From: a virus
Virus record (IMG/VR): IMGVR_UViG_3300012036_000004
Location: 1-64,000 of that record
Length of the DNA: 64,000 nt
Direction: 5' to 3' (one strand)
Shown: positions 46,045-56,800 of the stretch, piece by piece
Layout of the letters: every line of letters starts with the position of its first letter
How positions within the stretch are numbered: the stretch's first letter is position 1
Position numbers and translations under genes: made by a program
The notes under the pieces: model-generated
What the model was told of the DNA's origin: nothing
The model's input: the letters and a program-made list of their open reading frames with translations, nothing else
Database searches by the model: none

Positions 46045-48210
46045 ATGCAACCTATACGACTGCAACTGATTCGTCACCATAATACACCGGTGTTCGCCAC
46101 AAAAGACGATCACTCAGATTTGAATCGAGTGTATGGCTACACTCGAGTTCGCAAGATGGGCCTCGCCCTCTTCCCCGCATTTCTCCCATTCTCCGAGCAC
46201 GTGGTCAACGACCTCAACATCGTGTACGGCGAGGAGAACCTGGACTGGGCACTGGCTGCAAAGAACCACCTTGCCGAGTTAGAGAACGAAAAGCGTCGAC
46301 AGAACTCTGAGAGCTTACCGGCTGGCTTCGAGTTCGTCACGGAGCCGTTCGGCCACCAGCGAGAAGGTGTGATACGCGCCATATACGAGCCGCGCACCGC
46401 GTTGTATTTCGACTGCGGTCTCGGCAAGACCAAAACGGCTATCGATCTCATCCGTGCGTTGAAGTGCAAGATCTCCGACATGCGTGCCCTGGTTATCTGT
46501 CCGCCGCACCTTGCGCCGAACTGGGAAGAAGAGTTCGCTACGCATGATGATGGCGAACTTCGCGTCCGAACGCTACTCGACCACAACTCCAAAACGCTTG
46601 GGTCAAAGAAGCGGCGCCATGCCTATCATGGGACGCGTAAGCACGAGCCGAGTTGGCACCCAGACGAGCCGTGGGGTGAGCTCTTTCCCGATGTCGTATA
46701 CGAACCCAGCCCTGACCGCGCCTTCCGTGTCGCTGGTGGCGATAACGAACTCGACTACCTGAAAGCGACGCAACGCGACGACTCCGACGAGCGCGGACGA
46801 GCTCGAGCTCGAATGCGTCGTCACGCCAAGAAGAGGGGCATCGACTTGCCTGCTCCTGCAAAACGAGTCAATCCGGCTCCCGAGCCTGTCAAGAACTTCG
46901 ATGTGTTGGTGTTGCCATACTCAGTGCTCAAGAAGGATCTCAATCACATCCTGGACGCCTATCCCTACAACGTCCTGATCTGTGATGAATCGCACATGCT
47001 CCGCTCCCACAAATCGAACCGGTCGAAGGCTGTCCTGAAGTTGGGCGCCAAAGCGAGTCATCGCTACTTGTTGTCCGGGACCCCGGCACTCGGAACGCCG
47101 ATGCATCTCTACGTGCAGCTTCGTTTGCTCGGCGGATTCCTGACCGGCACCTGGTGGGAGTTCTACAAGCGCTACAATGTAGCCATCCGACGCCAGCACC
47201 GAGGCGTTGAGCATGACGAGGTCGTGGCCTACAAGAACCTCAACGTGCTCAATGAGATTGTCACCGAAGTGGCGCTTCGTAAGAAAGCCGATGACTGCCT
47301 CGACCTTCCGCCGGTCCGCACGTTGACCTATCCAATCTATCCCAGCGACGAGACCAAGGAGATGTACAACGAACTCGTCCGAACACACTCTGCAGCGATT
47401 GGTGGTCGACAGATCCGTGTGGCGCACGCTGCAGATCGATTGACGAAGCTACTCCAGGTGTTGTCCGGGTTCATCATCGACTCGCAGAAGGACTACGAGC
47501 TCTGCGATGGCGGCGACGACCGTCCGCCCTGCCCTCATCTGATGGACTGCGTTCGCAACAAAATCAACCCCTACACGCCCAAGTGTGCAATCGTGCAGGA
47601 GGACCCGCCCAAGCTTACCGAGTTGTTGGACGCGCAGGACAGGTGCGACCAGAGCATGGAGCTCTTTGAGTCCATCCTGTCCTCGGACGACAACAAGGTC
47701 ATCGTGTGGGCCACCTTCCAGGCGGAGCTCAACATGTTGGACGCAGCTTTCACGAAGGAGGGTTGGGACTTTGTCCGCGTCGACGGGAACACCAAAGACA
47801 AGCAGGCGGCCAAGAAGCGCTTCAACACGGACCCGAACTGTCGCATCTACCTGAGCCAGATCCGCACAGGTGTCGGCATCACGCTGAACGCGGCCAACTA
47901 CACCGTGTTCTATAACGCCACTTTCGACCTGGGTGATTACATTCAGGCGCAGAAGCGAAACGACCGGATCGGACAGGAGCGTCCAGTGACGGTTTACCAG
48001 CTGGTTGTTCCTGGTAGTGTGAACGAGTATATTTTCCGTTCCTTGGAGCGAAAAGAAGATATTTCTGCTGCCCTCACCGACCACGTTCAGTGTATACTGT
48101 GCGACCGCAATAAGGAGTGCGACGCTGCCGGAATCCAGCCGTTCGACAAAGACTGCATCTACTCGTCGAAGGAAGGCCGACTGCGAATGCGCCCTGCGCT
48201 GCTTAAATAG
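46045..48210 (+). CDS. SNF2/DEAD-like (SF2) helicase
   Basis: DCGLGKT; DESH; LSGTP; GVGITL; QAQKRNDRIGQ. Confidence 0.9.
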   Translation: MQPIRLQLIRHHNTPVFATKDDHSDLNRVYGYTRVRKMGLALFPAFLPFSEHVVNDLNIVYGEENLDWALAAKNHLAELENEKRRQNSESLPAGFEFVTEPFGHQREGVIRAIYEPRTALYFDCGLGKTKTAIDLIRALKCKISDMRALVICPPHLAPNWEEEFATHDDGELRVRTLLDHNSKTLGSKKRRHAYHGTRKHEPSWHPDEPWGELFPDVVYEPSPDRAFRVAGGDNELDYLKATQRDDSDERGRARARMRRHAKKRGIDLPAPAKRVNPAPEPVKNFDVLVLPYSVLKKDLNHILDAYPYNVLICDESHMLRSHKSNRSKAVLKLGAKASHRYLLSGTPALGTPMHLYVQLRLLGGFLTGTWWEFYKRYNVAIRRQHRGVEHDEVVAYKNLNVLNEIVTEVALRKKADDCLDLPPVRTLTYPIYPSDETKEMYNELVRTHSAAIGGRQIRVAHAADRLTKLLQVLSGFIIDSQKDYELCDGGDDRPPCPHLMDCVRNKINPYTPKCAIVQEDPPKLTELLDAQDRCDQSMELFESILSSDDNKVIVWATFQAELNMLDAAFTKEGWDFVRVDGNTKDKQAAKKRFNTDPNCRIYLSQIRTGVGITLNAANYTVFYNATFDLGDYIQAQKRNDRIGQERPVTVYQLVVPGSVNEYIFRSLERKEDISAALTDHVQCILCDRNKECDAAGIQPFDKDCIYSSKEGRLRMRPALLK

Positions 48211-48218
48211 GAGATCCG

Positions 48219-48965
48219 ATGCCCCCTACGCTACACGCAACCCTATCGTTCGATGACACTGCTGTTGAGGAGCTCGTGCAAGCGCACGTCGAGTCTCAGG
48301 GGTACTTCGTCGAGGACATTCACCCCGATGAGAGCTCTCTGGGGTATCAGGTGTCCGTACGGCCTATGACGCAGGAAGAGCTTCTGCTGCACGATCTGCC
48401 GACTGAGTCCGTCGAAGACCGTCTCCAGATTAAGATCGATTCTCTGGTAGAAGAGACCCAGCGCGCATTCGGTAGCTTCGCTTCTCACATCGAGAAGCAG
48501 GCCCGCGACACAGAGATTGCGCTGGAGTCACGACTCGACGACCTGCGTGCGTTGAGTAGCAGCGCTCAGCAGACCATGCTCGAGATTCAGAGCCTGGCTG
48601 AGAAGCAACGAGCCACCCCGGTCTTCGTAGAAACACCTACCGAGACTGTCGTGACACGTTCCGAAGCCGTTACGGAGACACGCCTCCCTGCCCCGAAACC
48701 TGAACCTACGATTGACGCCGAGCCTCTCGGTGGCCCTGTCAGTGTCATGAGCACTGGCGCGCCATCTGGTTCTTACGAGACGCTCAGCTTTGCCGACGCC
48801 GTTGCGGCGCTCCAAGAAGATGCGTCTGCATCGAACCCGAACGACCACACACGGCAACGCCGATTCACCCAGCTCCACGAGGAGCTGGCCCAAGAAGCCG
48901 CGGTGGCTCGAGACCCGATTCCGGGCGAGTCCAGCGCATTTCCCTCTGACCTTGTGACCCAATAA
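48219..48965 (+). CDS. Coiled-coil hypothetical protein
   Basis: AGGAG RBS. Confidence 0.7.
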   Translation: MPPTLHATLSFDDTAVEELVQAHVESQGYFVEDIHPDESSLGYQVSVRPMTQEELLLHDLPTESVEDRLQIKIDSLVEETQRAFGSFASHIEKQARDTEIALESRLDDLRALSSSAQQTMLEIQSLAEKQRATPVFVETPTETVVTRSEAVTETRLPAPKPEPTIDAEPLGGPVSVMSTGAPSGSYETLSFADAVAALQEDASASNPNDHTRQRRFTQLHEELAQEAAVARDPIPGESSAFPSDLVTQ

Positions 48966-48970
48966 GGCCT

Positions 48971-49906
48971 ATGACAGACGACATCACAGACGAAGAAGAC
49001 GAAGACACATCCCGATCACGTGGACGCAGCCGCAACCACGATTTCGGGGAGTACGACAAAGTGTACGACCTGCCCAGTGGATACCTCTCGGTGTCCCAGG
49101 TGGGGCTGTACCAGAAGTGCGGAGAGCGGTACCGGCGTCGATACGTCGAAAACCAACGAACGCCGCCTTCCTCGAACCTGGGCCACGGTCGGTTGATCCA
49201 CAAGGCCGTCGAGACCCTGTTGCAGTACAAGATCGACAACGAGCAACGCGTGCCTCCCGCAGACCTGGGGAACGACGCAATCAGTGATCACTTCCAAGAG
49301 ATGTCACAGGACATCGAGATCTGGGACCCGAAGGTCCCCGACATCGAGACCTTCGAAGAGACGGCTCGTGAGTTGGTGGGGCTCTACGAAGAGTCGCGCC
49401 TGCCCGAAGTACTGCCGCGCGCCGTTGAGCTCAAGCTCAAGCGCGTTCTCCGTGGGCGCATCCCGTTTGTCGGGTACACTGACCTCATCGAGATGTCCCT
49501 GATGGATGTCGACTTCCAGCCTATGAAGTCACTCGATGATTTGAAGTCGACAGACAGCGTTCGCGACCTCAAAGCGACCGGTCGAAAGTACGGCGCGCAG
49601 CGCGTCAAGAATTCCCTGCAGCTTTCGATGTACGCCGAGATCACCGGGCTCGAGAACGTTGGGTACGACCTGCTCGTTCAGAAGAAAAAGTCCGAGTTCG
49701 CCAAGCAGGACGCCTTCCGCTCCAAGCGGGAGAAAGAACACGCCGTAGATGTGGTAGAAGATGTCGCCAAGTCCATCTCCGCTGGCGTGTTCATGCGTGC
49801 CGATCCGGAGAGCTGGATGTGCACCGAGAAATGGTGCCCGTACTTTAGCGAGTGCCGAGGCGCCCAGAAGAGCATTCACACTGTCCCTGATGGAGAGAGC
49901 GTTTGA
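48971..49906 (+). CDS. PD-(D/E)XK RecB/Cas4-like exonuclease
   Basis: LSVSQ...C; G..IH; GYTDL; DLKAT; QL..Y; C-terminal C..WC.Y..C. Confidence 0.85.
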   Translation: MTDDITDEEDEDTSRSRGRSRNHDFGEYDKVYDLPSGYLSVSQVGLYQKCGERYRRRYVENQRTPPSSNLGHGRLIHKAVETLLQYKIDNEQRVPPADLGNDAISDHFQEMSQDIEIWDPKVPDIETFEETARELVGLYEESRLPEVLPRAVELKLKRVLRGRIPFVGYTDLIEMSLMDVDFQPMKSLDDLKSTDSVRDLKATGRKYGAQRVKNSLQLSMYAEITGLENVGYDLLVQKKKSEFAKQDAFRSKREKEHAVDVVEDVAKSISAGVFMRADPESWMCTEKWCPYFSECRGAQKSIHTVPDGESV

Positions 49907-50118
49907 TGGAGAAATTCGGAGTAGAAACCCATCGCCCAGGAGAAAAGAATGCCGGAGATAGTCGAACCTGCCCCTGGTGCGGACGTTCTGTCAGCGTTGA
50001 CGGAGCTGTTCGACGATGCCCTGTACATGGAAGTGAGCCTTTCGAAGTACAGGGAGAAGCTGCGCCCGCTGACCGTTCCGACGTCAAGCTGGCTGGGGAT
50101 GATAGCCCCGACGAATAA
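49903..50118 (+). CDS. Small Zn-ribbon protein
   Basis: CPWC...CPVH; GGAG RBS. Confidence 0.6.
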   Translation: MMEKFGVETHRPGEKNAGDSRTCPWCGRSVSVDGAVRRCPVHGSEPFEVQGEAAPADRSDVKLAGDDSPDE

Positions 50119-50608
50119 CTCGGATTACCCGAGCCCCGCGCGCGGCTTTGTGCCGCTCGCCCGGGTTCGGAGCTGGGAGCCTGCGGAAGGGGAGAAAACA
50201 GGACGACTGCATAACCTGCTCTTTCTGCAGAACAGCAAGATACTGTACCGAGCAGCACACACCAGCCATGCCGCTGGAAACGGCGACGAACCCTACCTCA
50301 TATTCGTCACCCCAAGAGCCCTCCCTGAGGGTTGCCCGATTCAAACCGACACGAGCGACGCTTGTGACAACTGCGCCTTGTGGGCTCATTGCGCCACAGG
50401 GCGTCTTCCCTTCGCGGACCTACGCTACGTCAAGATCAGCGGCTTTCACTGCATGAAAGTATGCAAGGTCGACGACGAGTGGTTCGATGCAGGGCAATCT
50501 GCGAAGCGCCTGAGTTACCGAACCCTAGACGCCACTCCTCAGCAGGGGGTGCCTCTCACGGGAGTCGACCTCCGCGCACTACCTCAATTTGAACCATATT
50601 GTTATTGA
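50099..50608 (+). CDS. Cys-rich hypothetical protein
   Basis: Within track ORF 49949-50608; CDNC...HC motif; start uncertain. Confidence 0.55.
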   Translation: MIAPTNNSDYPSPARGFVPLARVRSWEPAEGEKTGRLHNLLFLQNSKILYRAAHTSHAAGNGDEPYLIFVTPRALPEGCPIQTDTSDACDNCALWAHCATGRLPFADLRYVKISGFHCMKVCKVDDEWFDAGQSAKRLSYRTLDATPQQGVPLTGVDLRALPQFEPYCY

Positions 50609-50623
50609 ACGGAGAGATCACGA

Positions 50624-50779
50624 ATGACACCGCGGCTTCGCTTCGCCTTACTCGTCTACTGGTATACTCTTCAGTACGTGAAAGAGGTTGAGCAAGCCCC
50701 CACCCAGGACCGGGGCTCAAACATCGTGAGCCTGGATGAATACAGACGGAAAAAACATGCCACATTTACCCATATCTAA
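50624..50779 (+). CDS. 51-aa protein containing NIVSLDEYRRKK (not in ORF track)
   Basis: GGAGAG RBS; fills the gap before ParB. Confidence 0.55.
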   Translation: MTPRLRFALLVYWYTLQYVKEVEQAPTQDRGSNIVSLDEYRRKKHATFTHI

Positions 50780-51959
50780 GATCTTGGCGGAGGACAATAT
50801 CCGCCTCAACATCGACCCGGACTCTATCGAGGAGCTGGCCGAGTCGGTTCTCGCCGTGCACACGTTGAGCAACGGTGAGAAGACTTTGCTGCAGCCAATC
50901 ACGTTGCAGAAGCTCGACAAACCAACGGAGGAGGGTCACACCCACCAGCTGCGTTACGGCTTCCGTCGTTACGCCGCCATGAAGTTTCTTCTGGAGAAGC
51001 ACCCGGAGAAATGTTTCTGGGCCGCCAACGTGCCCTACCACCTCGACGACGCTGTCTACAACGAGGAGGACAATGCGACGACGCATTTCCGTCTCGTCGA
51101 GAACATTCAGCGCGAAGACATGTCGCTGCTCGAGGAGGCGATGGCGATGAAGCGAATCCAGAAAGAGCAAGGGATGAAGCAGTCCGAGCTCGCCAAGATG
51201 CTCGGTAAGAGCAAGGGCTGGGTGTCGCAACGTCTCGCGCTGCTCCGCATGGACGAGTCCGTACAGCTCGGCGTCCAGGAAGGAAAGCTGGGGCAGGCTC
51301 ACGTCCGTGAGCTCGCACGCATCAAGAAGAAAAAGGACCAGGCCGACGTCGCGACCAAGCTTCTCCAAGACGAGTCGCCGTCCGTCGCAAAGGTCAAACG
51401 CGCCGTGAAGAAAGCACTCGGCGAGACCGAACCGAAAGAGAAGACGAAAGAGAAGACGAAAGAGAAGCCTGCCGAGAAGAATGACGACTCCGAAGAGGAC
51501 TGGGAAATGTCCGAAGAGGAGCGCTCTAAGCAGGATATCGATCAGCTCAAGACAGGTAAGAAAAGCAAGCCCGTCGAAGAAGAAAACGACGAGACGCCTG
51601 TCGAAGAGGCAGAGGAGTCCGAGGAGTCGGAAGAATCGGAGGGAGAAGAGGAGGTGTCCTCAACCACCGCTCCTGCGCCTTCCGAGCCGTCTCGAGGAGA
51701 CGTGCTGCAGACGATGTCTCACGAGGAGAAACTGAAGTTTCTCGAGGAAGACACAGAGCGTCGACTCGCAATGGAGTTCGACGGACGTAAGGGCGATCTC
51801 GAAGCTGAAATCTTGCGGTGCTCGCAAGCAGCAGTCGACGCCGTGAAGAAGGGCGACGCAGAGAAGGCCGCATACTACGCCGGAGCAGAGCAAGCGCTCA
51901 AATTCGCCCTGGGCTCGATCAAATCGATCCGCTACGTAAAGCGAAAAGTAGCAAGTTAG
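50757..51959 (+). CDS. ParB/Spo0J-like protein
   Basis: IEELAES; LLQPI; GFRRY; ENIQREDMS.LEEA; HTH QSELAKMLGKSKGWVSQRL. Confidence 0.9.
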   Translation: MPHLPISKILAEDNIRLNIDPDSIEELAESVLAVHTLSNGEKTLLQPITLQKLDKPTEEGHTHQLRYGFRRYAAMKFLLEKHPEKCFWAANVPYHLDDAVYNEEDNATTHFRLVENIQREDMSLLEEAMAMKRIQKEQGMKQSELAKMLGKSKGWVSQRLALLRMDESVQLGVQEGKLGQAHVRELARIKKKKDQADVATKLLQDESPSVAKVKRAVKKALGETEPKEKTKEKTKEKPAEKNDDSEEDWEMSEEERSKQDIDQLKTGKKSKPVEEENDETPVEEAEESEESEESEGEEEVSSTTAPAPSEPSRGDVLQTMSHEEKLKFLEEDTERRLAMEFDGRKGDLEAEILRCSQAAVDAVKKGDAEKAAYYAGAEQALKFALGSIKSIRYVKRKVAS

Positions 51960-52102
51960 TGTTGACGAGTGGGGAGGTCTATCGCTACAACGATAGACCT
52001 CCTGCCTGGCAGCAGAGGAAAACAAACTAGACAGTCCACCCGGAGCGTATTCCTCACTCCGAATGTATACGTGTGTCTGTCGAACACCCTTGGAGAAAGA
52101 TA

Positions 52103-52972
52103 ATGACAACTGAACTCGTTCTCACCGAAACCGTCCCCGCACTCGCGAATTACGAACTGACTGCGGAGATGGAGCAGCAACTCGAGGACCTCGTTTTCCT
52201 GATGACGACGCCTCCCATGGGTCTGGAGAACACGGACTGGGAATGGCGTCCCGACATCGTAAAAATCAAGGCCCCTACAACTACAGACGACGCCTGTCCC
52301 GGTAACGCCGAGATCGGCGACATCTGGGCTGCAGGCGAGATCCTGTGGTCACGCAAAGAAGATGGGAAAGACGAGCCGTTTCGGTTCATCCCGATCTATC
52401 ACTGGAAGCAGCACTCGAAGTTCGTCTACGGAAAGCGCCAGCCGGACTGCTCGAGCCCCGATGGTGTGACCGCTTATGACGGTACGCCGTGCGTGGAGTG
52501 TCCACACCTGCCGTGGAAGGGTAGCGCGAAAGTGCGTCCTGGAAGCGACAAGACCGCATGCGATGAGACGTTCTCGTTTCTCGTGATGGCCGAAGACATG
52601 AGCAACTTCTACGTGCTCAACTTCCGCGGCACCTCCGCCAAAGCAGGCAAGAACATCTTGCGCAACACACGCCGCGCGCTGTGGGGCAAGGTGTACGGCC
52701 TGACGTCCGTCGAGCAATCAACCGACACGAACACCTGGCAGAAGTATGACGTGGCCCCGATCTCGGGCTCTCGTCCTGCTCCCGAGGTTCAAGCGTTCGC
52801 ACGCTTCGTCCACGAGCAGAAAGACCAGGCCGCAAAAGCTCAGAGCGCCGAGCTCAAGGCCGCGCGTGAGGCCATCGAGAAGACGCTCAATGCCGACCTC
52901 GAAGAAGGCGGCGCCATCGATGACCTCGAAGCCGAGCTCAACGCAGACGATGGGTTCAGCGAGTCGATGTAG
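52103..52972 (+). CDS. Putative ssDNA-binding/annealing protein
   Basis: Replication-block position; CSSPDG...C..C...C; acidic C-terminal tail; own terminator. Confidence 0.5.
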   Translation: MTTELVLTETVPALANYELTAEMEQQLEDLVFLMTTPPMGLENTDWEWRPDIVKIKAPTTTDDACPGNAEIGDIWAAGEILWSRKEDGKDEPFRFIPIYHWKQHSKFVYGKRQPDCSSPDGVTAYDGTPCVECPHLPWKGSAKVRPGSDKTACDETFSFLVMAEDMSNFYVLNFRGTSAKAGKNILRNTRRALWGKVYGLTSVEQSTDTNTWQKYDVAPISGSRPAPEVQAFARFVHEQKDQAAKAQSAELKAAREAIEKTLNADLEEGGAIDDLEAELNADDGFSESM

Positions 52973-52993
52973 TCTCGATTCGCCCTCTCAATC

Positions 52994-53027
52994 GGGAGGG
53001 GTCGCTATGCGGCCTCTCCCTTTTTTT
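52994..53027 (+). terminator. Intrinsic terminator
   Basis: GGGAGGGGTCGC-TAT-GCGGCCTCTCCC then T7. Confidence 0.85.
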
Positions 53028-53050
53028 GCCTCTTTCCCATCGGACGTATC

Positions 53051-53818
53051 ATGAGCAACGCACCGTGGAGTATCTCCAAAGCCAACATGGCACATGAGTG
53101 CACGTATCGATTCCACATGCGCTACACCAAGCGCGCAAAAGGCCGGCGTATCGAGAACTCCGCGGGCCGGATCGGAACTGCCGTGCACGACATCCTGGAC
53201 CGCATGCTCCAGGGCACCGAATTCAAACGCGCCTTCGTCAATGCCTCCATCCAGAAACTGACTCGGAAAGAGATCCTGGAACTGAAGACGCACGAAGAGG
53301 GCATCAAACGATTCATCGAGCGGTTCGCAGACTGGCGCGACAAAATGGGGAAGCCAGAAGTCTACCCCGAAGTTCAGATGGCCATCACCGAAGAACTCGG
53401 CGAGACCGGCTACTGGGACAAAGACGCCTACTTCCGAGGTGTGCTCGACATCAGTACCGTGGTCACCCGCGGCGACCAGAAGTACGCCGTCATCATCGAC
53501 CACAAGACCGGCATGCCGTCTGATATCGAGAAGTACAAGCCGCAGCTCGACTCCTACGTCGCGATGGCGTCGGTAGTCTACCCCGACATCGTCGGCGCGC
53601 AGGCGGCCATTCACTGGGTCCGCGCGCAAGAGGCGGCGGATGAAGAAGTCATCGCCTGGGGCCCTATGTACAAACGCCCTGTCATTGAAAAACTCATACT
53701 TCCTCAGTTTTTGGAGCACCTTCAGTCCGCTGAAGCGCGCGCTCAAGAACGTCCCACACCCACGGAGGGGTGGTATTGCGAGTTCTGTGAATATCAGGAT
53801 TCGTGCCCAATAAAATAA
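53051..53818 (+). CDS. Second PD-(D/E)XK Cas4-like exonuclease
   Basis: WSISK...C; GTAVH; GVLD; IDHKTG; QL.SY; CEFC.....C. Confidence 0.85.
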   Translation: MSNAPWSISKANMAHECTYRFHMRYTKRAKGRRIENSAGRIGTAVHDILDRMLQGTEFKRAFVNASIQKLTRKEILELKTHEEGIKRFIERFADWRDKMGKPEVYPEVQMAITEELGETGYWDKDAYFRGVLDISTVVTRGDQKYAVIIDHKTGMPSDIEKYKPQLDSYVAMASVVYPDIVGAQAAIHWVRAQEAADEEVIAWGPMYKRPVIEKLILPQFLEHLQSAEARAQERPTPTEGWYCEFCEYQDSCPIK

Positions 53819-53843
53819 CCCAAGCCAAGACGGTGAGGTACCC

Positions 53844-56800
53844 GTGTCAAAATCATATAAAGTCCTGTCCCGGCAGGAGAAGTCGAAAATGCTTGCTGAC
53901 GTCGGCATCGAAGACGTCCTAGCTCTCTGCCAAGAAGCTCGCCCCTCGCATCAATGCGAACGGCACGGCAACCGAATCCGTTCGCGCTGCATGTTTCCAG
54001 GGCACTCGGACGCCAACCCTTCGATGGACATTGTGTTCACTGAGGGCCGTGTTTTCGCCAAGTGTTTCAGTTGCGGTCAGTATGAGTCTGACGGCTTTCG
54101 CATCGTTGAGCACATCACCGGCATCCACGCCGTTTCGCGACTGTACGCCGAGATATTCGGACAGCGCTTCGGTCTCAAAGTCGACGCCGAGTTGGACGAC
54201 GCGCTCGTCCAGGAAGACCTGTTTAGTCACTTCAAGAACTCGGTGCTGCGTGCCGGCGAACACCTTCTCGTCAACGCCTCATCCACCAAAAGTAAAGAGT
54301 ACACCTACGCCCAAAGCGCGATCACCTATCTGGCCCAGCGAGGCTTCCCAGCAACCACGTTCCTGACATTGGGTATTGGCATCTTCCCGACGCTCGAGCA
54401 CTTCGCTCAGCACGCAGACCAAGACGCACAGATCACCATTGGTGAGTATTTCGGCCCTCGTGTCTTCGAGCAGAAGCCCAAGGCCGTCGGGCGCTACGGT
54501 GGTTGGTTGATGTTTCCCTACTACACCTCACCCACGACGATCGGTCGCCTCAAACTGCGTGACCCCAAGAACAAGGACAATGAAGTCTGGCTGGGTATCC
54601 ACAAGGAAGAGACGCGCGGCTTCTTCGGACTCAACCAGTTCACCACTCTCGTAGGTAAAGACCTCAAGGAAGCCAAAACGGCGTATGTCGTCGAAGGGGA
54701 GTTCGACCAACTGGCGATGTTGCAGGCGCAGTTAAACCTGAACCCCAACCAGCAGCACATTGTGCTCGGCGGCTCAGGCTCGGCTCCGACCAGCTTGGAC
54801 ATCCTGGCTGATTCCCGTATCAGCCGAGTCACGCTCGTGGGAGACAACGATGCGGGCGGCGACCAATTCGTTCGACGCATCCTGGAAGTGTCCGAGCAGG
54901 AACGTATCCACGACTTCGGGGTCTACGACTGGTCGACCCTGCAGACGTATGGCGATCCTGACGACGTCGTTCAAGGTGGGGATTACCCGGACCTCATCCA
55001 CGGCCTCACCACACGCAGTGACGTCAAAGAGCTCCATATGTGGGCGATGGATACCGCCCTCAAAGAGATCGCGACGCTGAGCTCTCCGAGCTCTGTCGAG
55101 AAGATTGACGTGCTCGACAAGGGCTGCGCGTTCATCAAGAACGACGTCGAGCGCGGGTTGTACGTTTCCGAAGTGTCGGCCACGACAGGTCTCGACGGCG
55201 GCGTGCTCTCAAAGCACATGATCTCTATCGACACCGAGCGAGGTTTCCTGGTCGCGCTCGAGCGTAAGCTGGGTGAGCACGCCTCGCCTGTTGCGATGAA
55301 GAACTCAGAAACGGCGCTGATGTTCTGTCGAAACTCGAACGAGATATTCGAGGTCAACCTCAAGAAGCCGCGCGACATCGAGCTTGCTCTGCAAATGCAG
55401 GTCTTCGGATGCACGACCTACGACTTCGTCGAAGAGAACATCGGCATCCCTGACCGCGTTCGCTACACCCAGGGAAAGGTCCCGACTGAGCGTCCCATCA
55501 ATCACCAGGCCAAAGACCTGTCCGGTCACGTCGACCTCGCCGTGCAGAACTTCGTGGCAGGCTCCAAGCCCTTGTCCAAGTACCGAGTGCGGCGACAGGG
55601 CGTTCACTGGAGCGATGTGACCGAAGACCCGGTACGAGCCGAGGGTCTCCCCTCCAGCGCTCCTGCCCGCTGCGTTTACGTCGTAAACGGCCACCTTCGT
55701 CTCATGGGTACGCCCGGCTCAAACGGCCTGATGTACTACGAGGAGCTGTCTGAGCCTGTTCATGGCCTCAATCTGTTGTGGGGAGACGACGAACCTTGGA
55801 GCGCAATGCTCACAAGCGCTGACTCCGCCAATAAAAAGCCCAAGCACACGCGCAAGGAAGTCTACGAACTTCTCCTGGACGTAGTAGACGGGTGGGCTTT
55901 TGAGCGGCACGACCTGGTCCGTCATTTCTGGGCGGCCTACATCATGATGCTGACGCATTGCGACATCTTCGAGAACCTGCCGTACGTGCTGCTGAACGCG
56001 CCTTCGCAGTCAGGTAAATCAACGATGCTCAAAGGTGTTCTTCGCGGAGAGGACCCGGGAGAGATTGGCCTCATCGAACACAGCCGAGGCTACGATGACT
56101 ACACCGCCGCTGCCGTCATGCAGCACGCTGAGGGCTCGCCCATTCTGATGGGTCTCGAAGAGTTCGAGGCGGCAGACGACGCCAGCCGCAATGATTCCAA
56201 GGCCCGAGCAGTCCGCGCCATCCTAGCCTCTGTGCGAAACGCCAGCGGCCGAAAAGGGATGCAACGCTCTCGCGGCGGTCGCTACGGGACCCCATCCGAT
56301 ACGCACCTCCGTTTCCCGATCTCCGGGGCCGCCATTCAGCCTCTGCAAGAAGAGGCCGACCGAAACCGGTGGTTCACCTTCGAGCTGACGCAGCAGCCAG
56401 GCAAGCTTCCGCCCGAAGCCTACATCCGTCAGAAGCTGGGCTGGGACGGCGTCTCCGACCTTCGCGAATCGATCCTGTTGAACTCACTACAACACGCGCA
56501 CCGAGACTACCTTTCGGAGCAAGATATTCTGCAGAACGTGTGGGACAAGGACGTCCTGACGACCCGCTCGACTCGAGGCGCAAAGTCTGTGGCGCCCATC
56601 TTGACCATCATGAAAGACGTGGAGGTCGACTACCTGAGCTGGGGGCAAACCTTTCTGGACTGGCGTAGCGATTTGCTGCGTGCATCGAACACGTCCGCCG
56701 AGCGGACAATGTTCCTGGCCGTCTTCGAAACCAACGCCATCACGATTCCGAACGAGTTCCAGCGTCGAAGCCTCATCAACATTCTCGCCAACCCCGATCT

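Noticed and set aside
46600-46900. Intein in the helicase or polymerase insertions
   Set aside because: No C/S...HN-C/S/T junctions or LAGLIDADG motifs visible
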